From assembly GCA_963695225.1 (NCBI GenBank), contig OY968762.1, positions 2,368,001-2,432,000 on the forward strand: a DNA stretch of 64,000 nt. The letters run 5' to 3'. Below, in pieces: positions 53,285-62,599 of the stretch (within the stretch, counting starts at the first letter, position 1; each line of letters starts with the position of its first letter). The notes under the pieces are model-generated. The model did not search any database, had not been told where the DNA came from, and saw only the letters and a list, made by a program, of their open reading frames with translations. The position numbers and the translations under genes are program-made. Source of the stretch: Vulcanimicrobiota bacterium. Its GTDB lineage: Bacteria > Vulcanimicrobiota > Vulcanimicrobiia > Vulcanimicrobiales > Vulcanimicrobiaceae.

Positions 53285-56200
53285 ATGTATAACTTACGTT
53301 GGCTACGCGCCCTTACGGCGGTGGTTGCGTTGGTCTTTCTCGTGCAGTCGTGGGCTGTCGCGGGAACGACCGGCTCGATAAGCGGCATCCTCGCGGAGAC
53401 GAACACCGGCGCCCCGATTGCGGGCGCCAAGATCACCGCGGCGAGCCCCAGTCAAGCTGCATCCACGACGACCGACGCTTCGGGACGGTTCTCGTTCATC
53501 TCGCTCGCACCCGACACGTACGTCTTGAGCTTCGAGAAGCAAGGCTACGACCCGGGAACGCAGCAAGGGATCACCGTCCAGGCGGACCAGCATCTCGACC
53601 TGTCGCTCCACACGACCAAACAGCTCACGACGATCGGCCGCACCACGACGAGAGCGAACACCTCGCTCGTGCGTCCCGGTCAGACCGCGAGCGTCTACTC
53701 CGTCAACGCGGCGCAGCAGTCGGCGGCAGCCGCGCTCGGCGGCGGCACGAACCTCAACTCGGCCTACAGCGCGATCGCGTCGGTCCCCGGCGTCGTCGTT
53801 CCGCTCGGCAACATCGGTTGGGGCCAGTCGATCTTCATCCGCGGCGGCGATTACACGCAGACCGGCAACGAAGTCGACGGCATTCCGGTCAACCGGGCCT
53901 TCGACCAGTACGCCTCCTCGCCGCTCTCGTCGCTCGGCAATCAGGAAGTCCAGGTCTACACCGGTAACGCGCCGGCAGACGCTCAGGCCGTCGGCCTTGC
54001 GGGTTACATCAACCAAGTCATCAAGAGCGGCACGACGCCCGCTTTCGGGAGCCTCCAATACGGCGTCGGATCGCCGGGGCTCTACAACCAAGCTTCCTTC
54101 GAGTACGGCGGCGCGACGGCGAACCGCCTCTTCTCGTATTACGTCGCGACGTCCGGCTATAGCCAGCAGCTCCGCATCGTCAACCAGTTCAACGGCGCGG
54201 GCTACTTGCAGCAGAGCGGCTTCGGCTCGCTCTACAACTTCACCGCGACCGGCTGCGGGACGGCTCATCCTTCGGTCGGCTGCTACGCGAACGGCTCGCC
54301 GTATCTCGGCGGCGTCGGCCTTCCGTTCGGGCCGAACGGCTACGGTATCGCCGATACGCTCTGGGGATACCAGCCGGCGCTGTGGGATCGCCAGACGATC
54401 GTCAATCTCCACTTCGGCATCCCGCACAAGAAGAGCGATCTCCGCGACGACGTTCAGTTGCTGTATAACGTCGGCGAAGATCTCAATTACCCGAACACGA
54501 GCATGGACTCGTGGGGCGCGTCCCTCAACGACGTGCTCAACAACACGGTCAACGGCGTCCCCGGCGTCTTCGGTGGGGTTCAACCGGCCTATCGCGACCA
54601 GTGGGTCTATAACGGGTCGCGGTACGCTCCGCTCACCGCGGCGAATCTCACGAACATCCAGTTGCTGAACTTCGCCAACTCGCCGCTCGGCCGCCCGATT
54701 GGGGCGAACGTCGATCCGGGTCGCCAGGACGGCGAGACGACCGGCTTTGCGATCACGAAGTTGCAATACCAGCACAACTTCAGCGACAAGGCCTTCGCGC
54801 GCGTGTACGGGTACACGATGTACTCCGACCGCCTCGATAACGGCATCGTCGGCCTCTACCAGAACTTCGTCGGGGCGTTCTCGCCGGATTATACGATCAG
54901 CGCGCACACTCGCGGCCTAGCGCTCACGAGTTCGTATCAGATCAACCCGGCGAACTTGCTCTCGTTCGATGTCGGATACACGACCTCGAACACGGCCCGC
55001 TGGCGGAACGACGTAGCCGCGGGCAGCGCGGGTACCTCGCAGGTGGCCTATCTCGTCAACGGCGCGGACCCGACCGCCGGCTGCTATGCCTACGCTGCGG
55101 GTGCGTTCGGCGGGGCCGCGACTCCCGTCACGTGCTCGAAGGCTTCCGGATACGTACTTCCGGGCGTCAATGCGACCGGGACGACGCTCGTGCCGAAGGG
55201 CACCATCTCCCCGACCCTCGCGCAGTTGGACGCGACGTACACGTGCGGCACAGGGCCTTGCGAGTACTACGTGGTCAACAACGGCGCGGCCGGCGCGCTC
55301 AATACTGTGAAGCCGAAGTTCTTCAATGCGGCCATCGGCGATACGTGGAAACCGACCCGCAAGCTCGCGATCGATGCGACGCTGCGGACGGACACGTACA
55401 GCTACGACCTGCAGGACACGAACACGCCCGGCAACCAGCTCTTCGTCAACGATTACAACGCCTATCATTGCGTCCAAGGGACGACGGTCGTCGCCATCAC
55501 GACGAAGAACGGCCCATGCCCGGCGGGCTACTCGCCCACCGCGCTGACCGCGTCGAGCCCGAACCTCACCTACGCCGACATCCTGCAACCGCGCCTCGGA
55601 GCGACCTACACGCTCAACGCCAACAACGTCCTGCGTGCGTCCTACGGCCGCTTCACGCAACCGGCCGAAACCTCCGCAGTACAGGCCACGAACGTGCAGG
55701 CCGGCACGCCGAGCGCTTCGTTCTACGCGAACTTCGGCTTCGCGAGCTTCGCCCGCCAAGTCGAACCGGCGATCTCGTACAACGCCGACTTCTCGTGGGA
55801 ACACCAGTTCAACAACGACACGAGCTTCAAGTTGACGCCGTTCTATCGCAAGACGGTCAACGAGTTCGCGTCGATCATCGTGGACCCGAAGACGAACTTC
55901 GTCGCACTCGTGAACGGTCAGAACCGTACCGCCGGCGGCGTCGAATTCGCCCTCACCAAGGGCGACTTCAACCGCAACGGCCTCGCGGCTCAGTTGGCGT
56001 ACACGTACACCTACGCGTACAACCAGTACAAGACGTTCTCGAACGGCGGATCCTTCGTCTCCGGCATCAACTCCGCGATCACGCAGTTCAACGCCTATAC
56101 CAAGACCGGCGGCGGCGCACCGTGCTACGCAGCCGGCGCAGCCGACCCTTCGTGCACGGCAGCGGGAACGGTAGCGAACCCGTACTACAACATGCAGCCG

Positions 56201-56878
56201 GGCTCGCTCCTCGATCCCAACGGTAAGTACTTCCCCTACAACCAGGCTCCGGGCGAACTCACGGGCGCCTCGGCGAGCTACCTGATCCCGCATGTTGCTT
56301 CACTGATCGTGCAGTACAAGAAGGATCGGCTCAAGATCACCCCGTCGTTCCAGTTCCAAGCGGGTTCGCGCTACGGTTCGCCGCTGGCGAGCTTCGGCGT
56401 CGATCCGGCGACGTGCGGCCCCCTCGCGGGCGCAACGTCGACGGCCGGCGACCCCCGGTACTCCGGTGCCGCGACCGGCGGTGCGCCGTATGACGCATCG
56501 ACGTGCACGGGCTGGGTGAACATCCCGGATCCCTACAGCGGAAGGTTCGACTCGATCGGCGAGTTCCGGCAGCCGAACTACCTCACCGCGAACCTCCAGG
56601 TCTCGTACGACGTCAACCGGTTCACGCTGTCGATGACGGCGGCGAACGTCTATACCAAGTGCTGGGGCGGCTCGAACGTGCCGTGGGCCATCGGGGGCAG
56701 CCTCGGCTGCAACTACGAAAACGGCCTAGCCACCGGGAATTTCTACAACCCGGGCGACACGATCCAGAACGGCTTCCAGTATCCCTACGCACCCACGTTG
56801 GCAGGCTCGCTCCAGACGGTCGCAACCGCCTCGGCGAACCCGGTCCAACTGTACTTCAACGTGAAGTACAAGCTCTAA
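53285..56878 (+). CDS. TonB-dependent receptor with carboxypeptidase-regulatory-like N-domain (Oar-like)
   Basis: Signal peptide; TTGSISG...GAPIAGA...GRF...L.PDTY; plug IRGG...GYINQV; QPRLGATY; C-terminal YFNVKYKL. Confidence 0.9.
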   Translation: MYNLRWLRALTAVVALVFLVQSWAVAGTTGSISGILAETNTGAPIAGAKITAASPSQAASTTTDASGRFSFISLAPDTYVLSFEKQGYDPGTQQGITVQADQHLDLSLHTTKQLTTIGRTTTRANTSLVRPGQTASVYSVNAAQQSAAAALGGGTNLNSAYSAIASVPGVVVPLGNIGWGQSIFIRGGDYTQTGNEVDGIPVNRAFDQYASSPLSSLGNQEVQVYTGNAPADAQAVGLAGYINQVIKSGTTPAFGSLQYGVGSPGLYNQASFEYGGATANRLFSYYVATSGYSQQLRIVNQFNGAGYLQQSGFGSLYNFTATGCGTAHPSVGCYANGSPYLGGVGLPFGPNGYGIADTLWGYQPALWDRQTIVNLHFGIPHKKSDLRDDVQLLYNVGEDLNYPNTSMDSWGASLNDVLNNTVNGVPGVFGGVQPAYRDQWVYNGSRYAPLTAANLTNIQLLNFANSPLGRPIGANVDPGRQDGETTGFAITKLQYQHNFSDKAFARVYGYTMYSDRLDNGIVGLYQNFVGAFSPDYTISAHTRGLALTSSYQINPANLLSFDVGYTTSNTARWRNDVAAGSAGTSQVAYLVNGADPTAGCYAYAAGAFGGAATPVTCSKASGYVLPGVNATGTTLVPKGTISPTLAQLDATYTCGTGPCEYYVVNNGAAGALNTVKPKFFNAAIGDTWKPTRKLAIDATLRTDTYSYDLQDTNTPGNQLFVNDYNAYHCVQGTTVVAITTKNGPCPAGYSPTALTASSPNLTYADILQPRLGATYTLNANNVLRASYGRFTQPAETSAVQATNVQAGTPSASFYANFGFASFARQVEPAISYNADFSWEHQFNNDTSFKLTPFYRKTVNEFASIIVDPKTNFVALVNGQNRTAGGVEFALTKGDFNRNGLAAQLAYTYTYAYNQYKTFSNGGSFVSGINSAITQFNAYTKTGGGAPCYAAGAADPSCTAAGTVANPYYNMQPGSLLDPNGKYFPYNQAPGELTGASASYLIPHVASLIVQYKKDRLKITPSFQFQAGSRYGSPLASFGVDPATCGPLAGATSTAGDPRYSGAATGGAPYDASTCTGWVNIPDPYSGRFDSIGEFRQPNYLTANLQVSYDVNRFTLSMTAANVYTKCWGGSNVPWAIGGSLGCNYENGLATGNFYNPGDTIQNGFQYPYAPTLAGSLQTVATASANPVQLYFNVKYKL

Positions 56879-56907
56879 CCTCGGGAAACGAAGGGCAACC
56901 TTCAAGA

Positions 56908-56950
56908 GCGGGCGGCTCGCCGATGGGATCGGCGGGCCGCTCGCCTTTTC
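56908..56950 (+). terminator. Terminator after the TonB-dependent receptor gene
   Basis: 17-bp stem (56908-56924/56928-56944) followed by CTTTTC; between convergent genes. Confidence 0.75.
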
Positions 56951-56953
56951 GGC

Positions 56954-57937
56954 CTACCGCTTGGCTCGGAGAACCGGAGCGGGGCCGGGCGGCGCGCTCG
57001 CGGCGGCTTCGGAGGCTTCGATCGACGAGATCAGATAGAGCGGCCGCGCCTTGATCTCGTCGTAGATGCGGCCGACGTATTCGCCGAGGATGCCGATTCC
57101 GATCAACTGCACGCCGCCGAGGAACAAGATCGCGACCATCATCGACGTGTAGCCGGGATTGTTGAGGTCGAGCAACTTGAACGCCAAGACGATCGCGGCG
57201 TACGCGAACGCGAAGAGGCTCACCGTGAACCCGAAGTACGTCGCAAAGCGCAACGGCGCTTCCGAGAACGACGTGATGCCGTCGATCGCGAAGCGCATCA
57301 TCTTCGAAATCGGGTACTTCGTCTTCCCTGCGTGGCGCGAATCGCGATCGTAGACGATCCCCACCTGCCGGAAACCGACCCAGCTCACGAGGCCGCGCAA
57401 GAAGCGGTGGCGCTCCCTCGTCCGGCCGAGCGCGTCCACGACGCGCCGGCTCATCAAGCGGAAGTCGCCCGTGTCGACGGGGATCGAGACTTTCGTGAGC
57501 TTCTTCGTCACGCGATAGAACGCGCTCGCCGTCAGGAGCTTGAAGGCGCTCTCCCCCTTGCGCCGGCGCCGCGTCGCGTAGACGACGTCGTACCCTTCGC
57601 GCCATTTCGCGATGAACTCCCCGATCAGTTCGGGGGGATCCTGGAGATCGCCGTCCATGAGGATCACGGCGTCGCCGCGCGCTTGGTCGATCCCGGCGGT
57701 CGCCGCGATCTGGTGGCCGAAATTCCGGGAGAGCGAAACGACGACGAGCTGCGGATACTGCGCCCGGAGCGCGCGCAAGAGATCGAGCGTCGCGTCGCTG
57801 CTGCCGTCGTTGACCGCGACGATTTCGTAGGCGTCGATGCAGTCGAGCGCGCGCATGACGCCGTCGATGCGGCGCATCAGCTCCGTGACGTTCCCCTCCT
57901 CGTTGTAGAGGGGAACGACGACGCTGACGAGGCTCAT
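56954..57937 (-). CDS. GT2 polyprenol-phosphate glycosyltransferase (GtrB/YkcC-like)
   Basis: VVPLYNEE, NDGSSD, SRNFGHQ, MDGDLQDPPE, GDFRLM, two C-terminal TMs, GEYVGRIY. Confidence 0.93.
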   Translation of the reverse strand: MSLVSVVVPLYNEEGNVTELMRRIDGVMRALDCIDAYEIVAVNDGSSDATLDLLRALRAQYPQLVVVSLSRNFGHQIAATAGIDQARGDAVILMDGDLQDPPELIGEFIAKWREGYDVVYATRRRRKGESAFKLLTASAFYRVTKKLTKVSIPVDTGDFRLMSRRVVDALGRTRERHRFLRGLVSWVGFRQVGIVYDRDSRHAGKTKYPISKMMRFAIDGITSFSEAPLRFATYFGFTVSLFAFAYAAIVLAFKLLDLNNPGYTSMMVAILFLGGVQLIGIGILGEYVGRIYDEIKARPLYLISSIEASEAAASAPPGPAPVLRAKR

Positions 57938-58092
57938 CCGCGCGCACCCTGGGCCGGCACCATATCCTTATCTTCGGAAGAATCGCCGCCGCGCGCAAGC
58001 TCCGCGCCGCTCGCCTCGGCCAGGATGTTTCGCGCCGCGTCGAAGCTAAGGCGCAATGAGGCAGATACGCTCGGCTCTGCGCGGTCGCACGG

Positions 58093-58566
58093 GTGGTACG
58101 GCACAGCTTGCGGGTTAGGTTCTTCCTCGCGCGAGCCCTTGTTGCGGCGACCCTGCTCGCTTGCATGCCTGGTCTGTCCATGTCCGCCGCGGTGGGCGGC
58201 GCGGCCGCCGCGCCGGGCGCCTCCCCGGCGCCGGCGGGCGCTCCGCATTCCGACGACCCGCCGGTCACGCTCGCGCCGCCGCACGCGCCGCCGCGCATCC
58301 TCGCGATCGCGGTCTCCGCTTCGAAGGTCCGCGGCGGGGACGTCGTGATCGGCAACGTGCGCACGACGTCGAACGTCGCCAGCGTCGAGATTCGCGTCGA
58401 AGGCTTCTCGACGTCGATGCTGCGCCGCAGCATCGGCGAGTTCACGGTGAATTACCCCATTCCGTTCCTCCCGCCGTGGCTGCACCGGACGTACCCGGTC
58501 CTCGTGATCGCCCGCAACGCGGACGGCGTCAAGGAGACGCGCACGCTCAAGATCACCGTCCAGTGA
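58093..58566 (+). CDS. Exported protein, paralogue of 49635-50285
   Basis: Signal-like N-terminus, P/A linker, shared motifs such as TTSNVASV and P.LP.W...Y.V..IA..ADG. Start uncertain. Confidence 0.7.
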   Translation: MVRHSLRVRFFLARALVAATLLACMPGLSMSAAVGGAAAAPGASPAPAGAPHSDDPPVTLAPPHAPPRILAIAVSASKVRGGDVVIGNVRTTSNVASVEIRVEGFSTSMLRRSIGEFTVNYPIPFLPPWLHRTYPVLVIARNADGVKETRTLKITVQ

Positions 58567-59330
58567 CCGGCCGCTTCGACGAGGCGTCGCTGCGCGCGCT
58601 CCTCGAGGACGTACGGCGCGGCGCGTGCGAGCCGGGGGAAGCGGTCGAACGCCTGCGCACGCTGCCGTTCGCCGAGTTGCTCGACGCGCGCGTCGATCAC
58701 CATCGGACCGTACGGACCGGCCTCCCGGAGGTCATCTACGGCGAGCGCAAGACGCGCGAGCAGATCGAGGCGATCGCGCGCGAGTTGCACGCCCGGCAGG
58801 GTCTCGCGCTCGCGACGCGCGTCGGCGCGGAGGACGGCTGCGCGCTTGCCGGAGCGCTCGAGGGGGCGAGGTACGATCCGCGCTCGCGCGTGCTGCGCTG
58901 GGGCGGCCTCGAAGCGAGCGGTGCGCGGATCGCGGTCGTTTGCGCCGGAACCTCCGACCTGCCGGTTGCGGAGGAGGCCGCCCTGACGCTCGAAGCGTTC
59001 GGGCACGACGCCGTCCGTTACGCCGACGTCGGCGTCGCGGGCCTGCACCGCATCGTTTCGGCGCTCGACGAACTTGCGACCGTTCGCGTGACGATCGTCG
59101 TCGCGGGGATGGAAGGTGCGCTCGCGAGCGTGCTCGGCGGGCTCGTCCGCTCGCCCGTGATCGCCGTGCCGACGAGCGTGGGCTACGGTGCGGCGTTCGA
59201 GGGGCTCGCGGCGCTGCTGGCGATGCTGAACGCGTGCGCCCCGGGAATCGCGGTCGTCAACATCGACAACGGCTTCGGAGCCGCCGCGCTCGCGCACAAG
59301 ATCGTGCGCTCCTCCGGCGCTCGCGGTTAG
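58563..59330 (+). CDS. larB: LarB-like (PurE-fold) protein
   Basis: VDHHR..RTG.PEV.YG..K, AGTSDLPVAEEA, DVGVAGLHR, AGMEGAL, PTSVGYG, VVNIDNGFGA. Confidence 0.9.
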   Translation: MTGRFDEASLRALLEDVRRGACEPGEAVERLRTLPFAELLDARVDHHRTVRTGLPEVIYGERKTREQIEAIARELHARQGLALATRVGAEDGCALAGALEGARYDPRSRVLRWGGLEASGARIAVVCAGTSDLPVAEEAALTLEAFGHDAVRYADVGVAGLHRIVSALDELATVRVTIVVAGMEGALASVLGGLVRSPVIAVPTSVGYGAAFEGLAALLAMLNACAPGIAVVNIDNGFGAAALAHKIVRSSGARG

Positions 59331-60103
59331 TTCCGGTCGGCCCAGCGCTCGATCGTGTCGGCCGTGCGCAGCCCCGGCGCCGCGGTGAGGGCGTGGGGCG
59401 GGAGGAGCGCGCCCGCGCGATCGCGCTCCCCGGTAGCGAACGAGCCGCGCGTGAAGCGATAGTGCAGCGCCGAGCCTTGCGCAAGCGTCACGTCGACCGT
59501 CCAGTAGCGCGAATCGACCCGGACCAAGCGTAGTTCGTTCGGGCTGAAGCCCGAACGGTCGGTCGAAAGGTAGACGTCGTCGCCGAGCGGCGTGTCGTCC
59601 GGGACGCGGGCGACGATCGTCACGGTCACGTTCGCCGCGGAAGCGGCTCCGTTTGCGGCGGTGCGGGCCGGAGCCTCCGCGAGCGTCGTCGCGAAGCCTG
59701 CGGGAATCGCGGCGATCTCGATCTCCCCGGGGAGAACCTCGCGCGGCGCGCGCTCGACGGCGCTCACGGCGTGCGTCGACGCGTCGACGTGCAGACGGAT
59801 CGTCTCGCCCAGCTTCCCTTTGAACGCGATCGCGTCGCTCTGCAAGCGTAGCGCTGAGCCGTTCGTGAGGACGATGAAGCCGCGTTCGCACGTGAGGTAC
59901 CGCCCGCGCACGAGCAATTCGCTCGTAACCGCGGCCGCCGGCGCCGGACTCGCGGCGGCGCTCGGGGCTATGCTCGCGGCGGCGCTCGGCGCAGCGCTCG
60001 GGGCGGCGCTCGGGGCGGCGCTCGGTACGGGGCTTGGGGCGCTCGTGGCCGGCGGCTGCCCGACGAGCATGGCGAGGACGAAGGCGAACGCGAGCGCGGT
60101 CAT
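59327..60103 (-). CDS. Exported protein: PSAA-repeat linker, beta domain, C-terminal CBM20-like domain
   Basis: VTVTIVARVPDDTP..DDVYL...YRFTRGSFATGE...DTIERWAD; ATGA overlap with the upstream barrel gene. Confidence 0.8.
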   Translation of the reverse strand: MTALAFAFVLAMLVGQPPATSAPSPVPSAAPSAAPSAAPSAAASIAPSAAASPAPAAAVTSELLVRGRYLTCERGFIVLTNGSALRLQSDAIAFKGKLGETIRLHVDASTHAVSAVERAPREVLPGEIEIAAIPAGFATTLAEAPARTAANGAASAANVTVTIVARVPDDTPLGDDVYLSTDRSGFSPNELRLVRVDSRYWTVDVTLAQGSALHYRFTRGSFATGERDRAGALLPPHALTAAPGLRTADTIERWADRN

Positions 60104-61716
60104 AACGGCGTCAGCGAAAACGTGTACTGCGGCACGAGGTACTGCCCGGCCCAGCCGTAGACGTAACTGCGGCCGTAGATCATCAGCAAACGCGCGCCGA
60201 GCGGGGCCTGGAACGTCACGGCCGTGCTGAACGGCGGGCGGCCGAAGCCGCCGTACTGCGGGAAATCGTGCGCGTGCACGAGCGAGACGTCGAGCCGGTA
60301 CGGCGAGCGCGGCGCATACGTCAGCGTCGCCGCGTAGGTTCGCAGCGTGCTGAGACCTTGATAGGCGAAATACCCCGGATACGGCGAGCCGTCCGGCGCG
60401 AAGTACGGCTGGGTCGGATCGGGGAGGCCCAAGAAGCCGGCCGCGCCCCAAGCGTAGCGGTTGTTCGACTGTTGGAACTGTGCGTAGGCGACGAGCGAGA
60501 ATCCGTTGCGCGGGCGACCGCTAAGGGAGAACGTCGTCGTCTGCGACTCGCTCTGGTGCCCGAAATCGTAGCTCGTCGAACTGATGTCGTAGTTTGCCGA
60601 GAACTCGGTGTGAAACGGGCCGCGCAAACCGTAGGGCGATAGGAACGAGGCGCCGACCGTCGTGCGGTAGTCGTGCGGGAACGGCGTCATCTGCGAATCG
60701 CGATCGTACCCGACGCCCGATTGCAGCCGGTACCCGAGGAGCCGCCCGATATAGCGCGTGTTGCTCGTGAGGACGAGATCGCTCGAGAGGCGGCCGTTCG
60801 TCTGCGCGAGCGAAAAGCGCGCGTTCGCGACGCGGCCGCTCCGTTGCAACGCGTACGTCGCGGCGGCGATCCCCGGGACGGCGTACGCCGTGACGTTCTC
60901 GACCAGCGTCGGCGCGAGCTGCCGGTAACTCTGCAGATCGACGCGCTTCGAGCGCAGCGGCAGGTACGAGACGACGGCGTAGCGCTTGTCGTTGTCGACG
61001 AGATGGTCGTCGAACCCCAGCTCCGCGCCCATCGCGCTGTCGTACCGGAAGTGCGCCGCGATCAGCGTGTGCTCGTTGCCGTAGAGGCCGTAGGGTTGGT
61101 CGAACGTCGCCGAGGGGAGCGCGTTCGTCGCGAAATACCCGTTCCCGCCGAACGTGTAGAGGTACATCGGAGAGCGCGCGATCGCGCGCGTTCCGGTCGT
61201 GAAATCGGCGGGCATGAAACGGACGTTCACGCCCGGCGTCACGACGGCATGGCGCGAGCGGATGTAGGGGCGTTCGCCGGTGACGTCGACGACGTCGAAG
61301 ATGCCCTCCGGCGCAGTTTCGGCATCCGTCGCGCCGTCCGGTGCGACGCGGAGGCTCGCGGGCTCGGGATCGAGCGAGACCGCGTACGCCTCGCCGCTCG
61401 CGAGTTCCAAGTGGTACGCCGCGTATTCGGGCGCCGCGGCGGCGCGCACGCGCACGTCCCCGCCGAACAGCAGCCGGTTGTTCGCGAGATCGAAACGGAG
61501 CCCGTCGGCCTCGATGTCGCGCCCGCCCGCCCGGACGCGCACCGCGCCGTCGGCGGCCAGCAGTGCGCGCCCCGGAAAGAACGCGATCGCGTCGGCGCGG
61601 ACGTCGACGTTCTTGGGGAGCGCGCCGCGTTCGGCGGCGCGCGCGGCCGAGCCAGGTGCGAGGATGCCCCCGAGGAGTACGCCCAGAGCGAGGAACGCTG
61701 CGCCGGCGTACCTCAT
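60100..61716 (-). CDS. Outer-membrane protein with OstA/LptD-like N-terminal domain
   Basis: Signal peptide; V.ADAI.F......A.G.V.V......I.AD....D......L..G.V beta-jellyroll pattern; Tyr/Ser/Thr-rich alternating strands; ends QYTFSLTPL. Confidence 0.7.
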   Translation of the reverse strand: MRYAGAAFLALGVLLGGILAPGSAARAAERGALPKNVDVRADAIAFFPGRALLAADGAVRVRAGGRDIEADGLRFDLANNRLLFGGDVRVRAAAAPEYAAYHLELASGEAYAVSLDPEPASLRVAPDGATDAETAPEGIFDVVDVTGERPYIRSRHAVVTPGVNVRFMPADFTTGTRAIARSPMYLYTFGGNGYFATNALPSATFDQPYGLYGNEHTLIAAHFRYDSAMGAELGFDDHLVDNDKRYAVVSYLPLRSKRVDLQSYRQLAPTLVENVTAYAVPGIAAATYALQRSGRVANARFSLAQTNGRLSSDLVLTSNTRYIGRLLGYRLQSGVGYDRDSQMTPFPHDYRTTVGASFLSPYGLRGPFHTEFSANYDISSTSYDFGHQSESQTTTFSLSGRPRNGFSLVAYAQFQQSNNRYAWGAAGFLGLPDPTQPYFAPDGSPYPGYFAYQGLSTLRTYAATLTYAPRSPYRLDVSLVHAHDFPQYGGFGRPPFSTAVTFQAPLGARLLMIYGRSYVYGWAGQYLVPQYTFSLTPL

Positions 61717-61726
61717 GCGGCGACGG

Positions 61727-62599
61727 CTATTTCGGCGGCCTCGGGAACGGCTGCCCGGTGAACGGGGTCGGCATCGCCTGATTCCCGAGGTCCGGGGCGA
61801 GGCCGTCCTCGTCGCCCCAGTGGTAGACCGTGTCGTCCTTCCGGCGCACGTCGCCGTTCCCGACGAGCAGCTCCCGCGGCTTCCCTTCCAACCCGTCCTG
61901 CCCGCGCTCGGCCGCGTTCCACGATCCGCGCGTGTAGCGGTAGAAGAAATGCGTACCGGAATTGAAATCGCGGCTGACGCGATAGTGCAGCCCGTCGATC
62001 CGGTCCATCTTGATCGCGGTCGCGCTCCAGCCGCTCACGTCCGTCGCGAGGTAGACGTCGGCGTAGAGCGGCGTTCGGGGCGGGACCTGCACGTAGAACG
62101 TCACTTGGACCGGTTTGCCGGTCATGCCGGGAGCCCCGCCTCCGAGGTCCGGATTCGCGACGCGCGGCGAAAGGGCGACGGCGAAACGCCGGACGTCCTC
62201 GTAACTCGCTTCGGGCGGGAGCGGCCGCCGCGAGAGCGCCAGCTCGACGATCCGGCCGCTCGAGGCATCGAAGCTCGCGCGGGCGTAGACGCGGGTCGTG
62301 GGGACGAGCGTCGTCGGCCCCCCGGTCGCCGCATCGACCGTCCGAACTTGCGGATCGAGCCGGAACGCGTCGCCGGTCGTGAAGAACGCGAAGCCGCGCC
62401 GGACGTCGAGGAGTTGCCCGGCGAAGCGCACGACCTGCCCGGCAGGCCCGGGCGTCGCGGTCGCCTCGATCGGGGGGAGCGTGACGCGCGGCATCGGGGT
62501 CGGCGTGGGGGCGAACTGCCCCGGCGCACGCCCGGGGAGCGCCGCGGCGCAGAACGCGCAGGAGATCGCGAGAGCCCAAAACCACTGCCGAGGCCGCAT
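61727..62599 (-). CDS. Exported protein with C-terminal CBM20-like domain, paralogue of 59327-60103
   Basis: VQVTFYVQVPPRTP..ADVYL..D..GW...YRYTRGSWNAAE...DTVYHWGD. Confidence 0.82.
   Translation of the reverse strand: MRPRQWFWALAISCAFCAAALPGRAPGQFAPTPTPMPRVTLPPIEATATPGPAGQVVRFAGQLLDVRRGFAFFTTGDAFRLDPQVRTVDAATGGPTTLVPTTRVYARASFDASSGRIVELALSRRPLPPEASYEDVRRFAVALSPRVANPDLGGGAPGMTGKPVQVTFYVQVPPRTPLYADVYLATDVSGWSATAIKMDRIDGLHYRVSRDFNSGTHFFYRYTRGSWNAAERGQDGLEGKPRELLVGNGDVRRKDDTVYHWGDEDGLAPDLGNQAMPTPFTGQPFPRPPK

Noticed and set aside
58563..59330. Complete nickel-pincer (lar) system
   Set aside because: Only larB is present; no larA, larC or larE in the window.
59951..60024. 12-nt repeats GCGGCGCTCGGG
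   Set aside because: They encode the PSAA linker of the CBM20-like protein; not an independent element.
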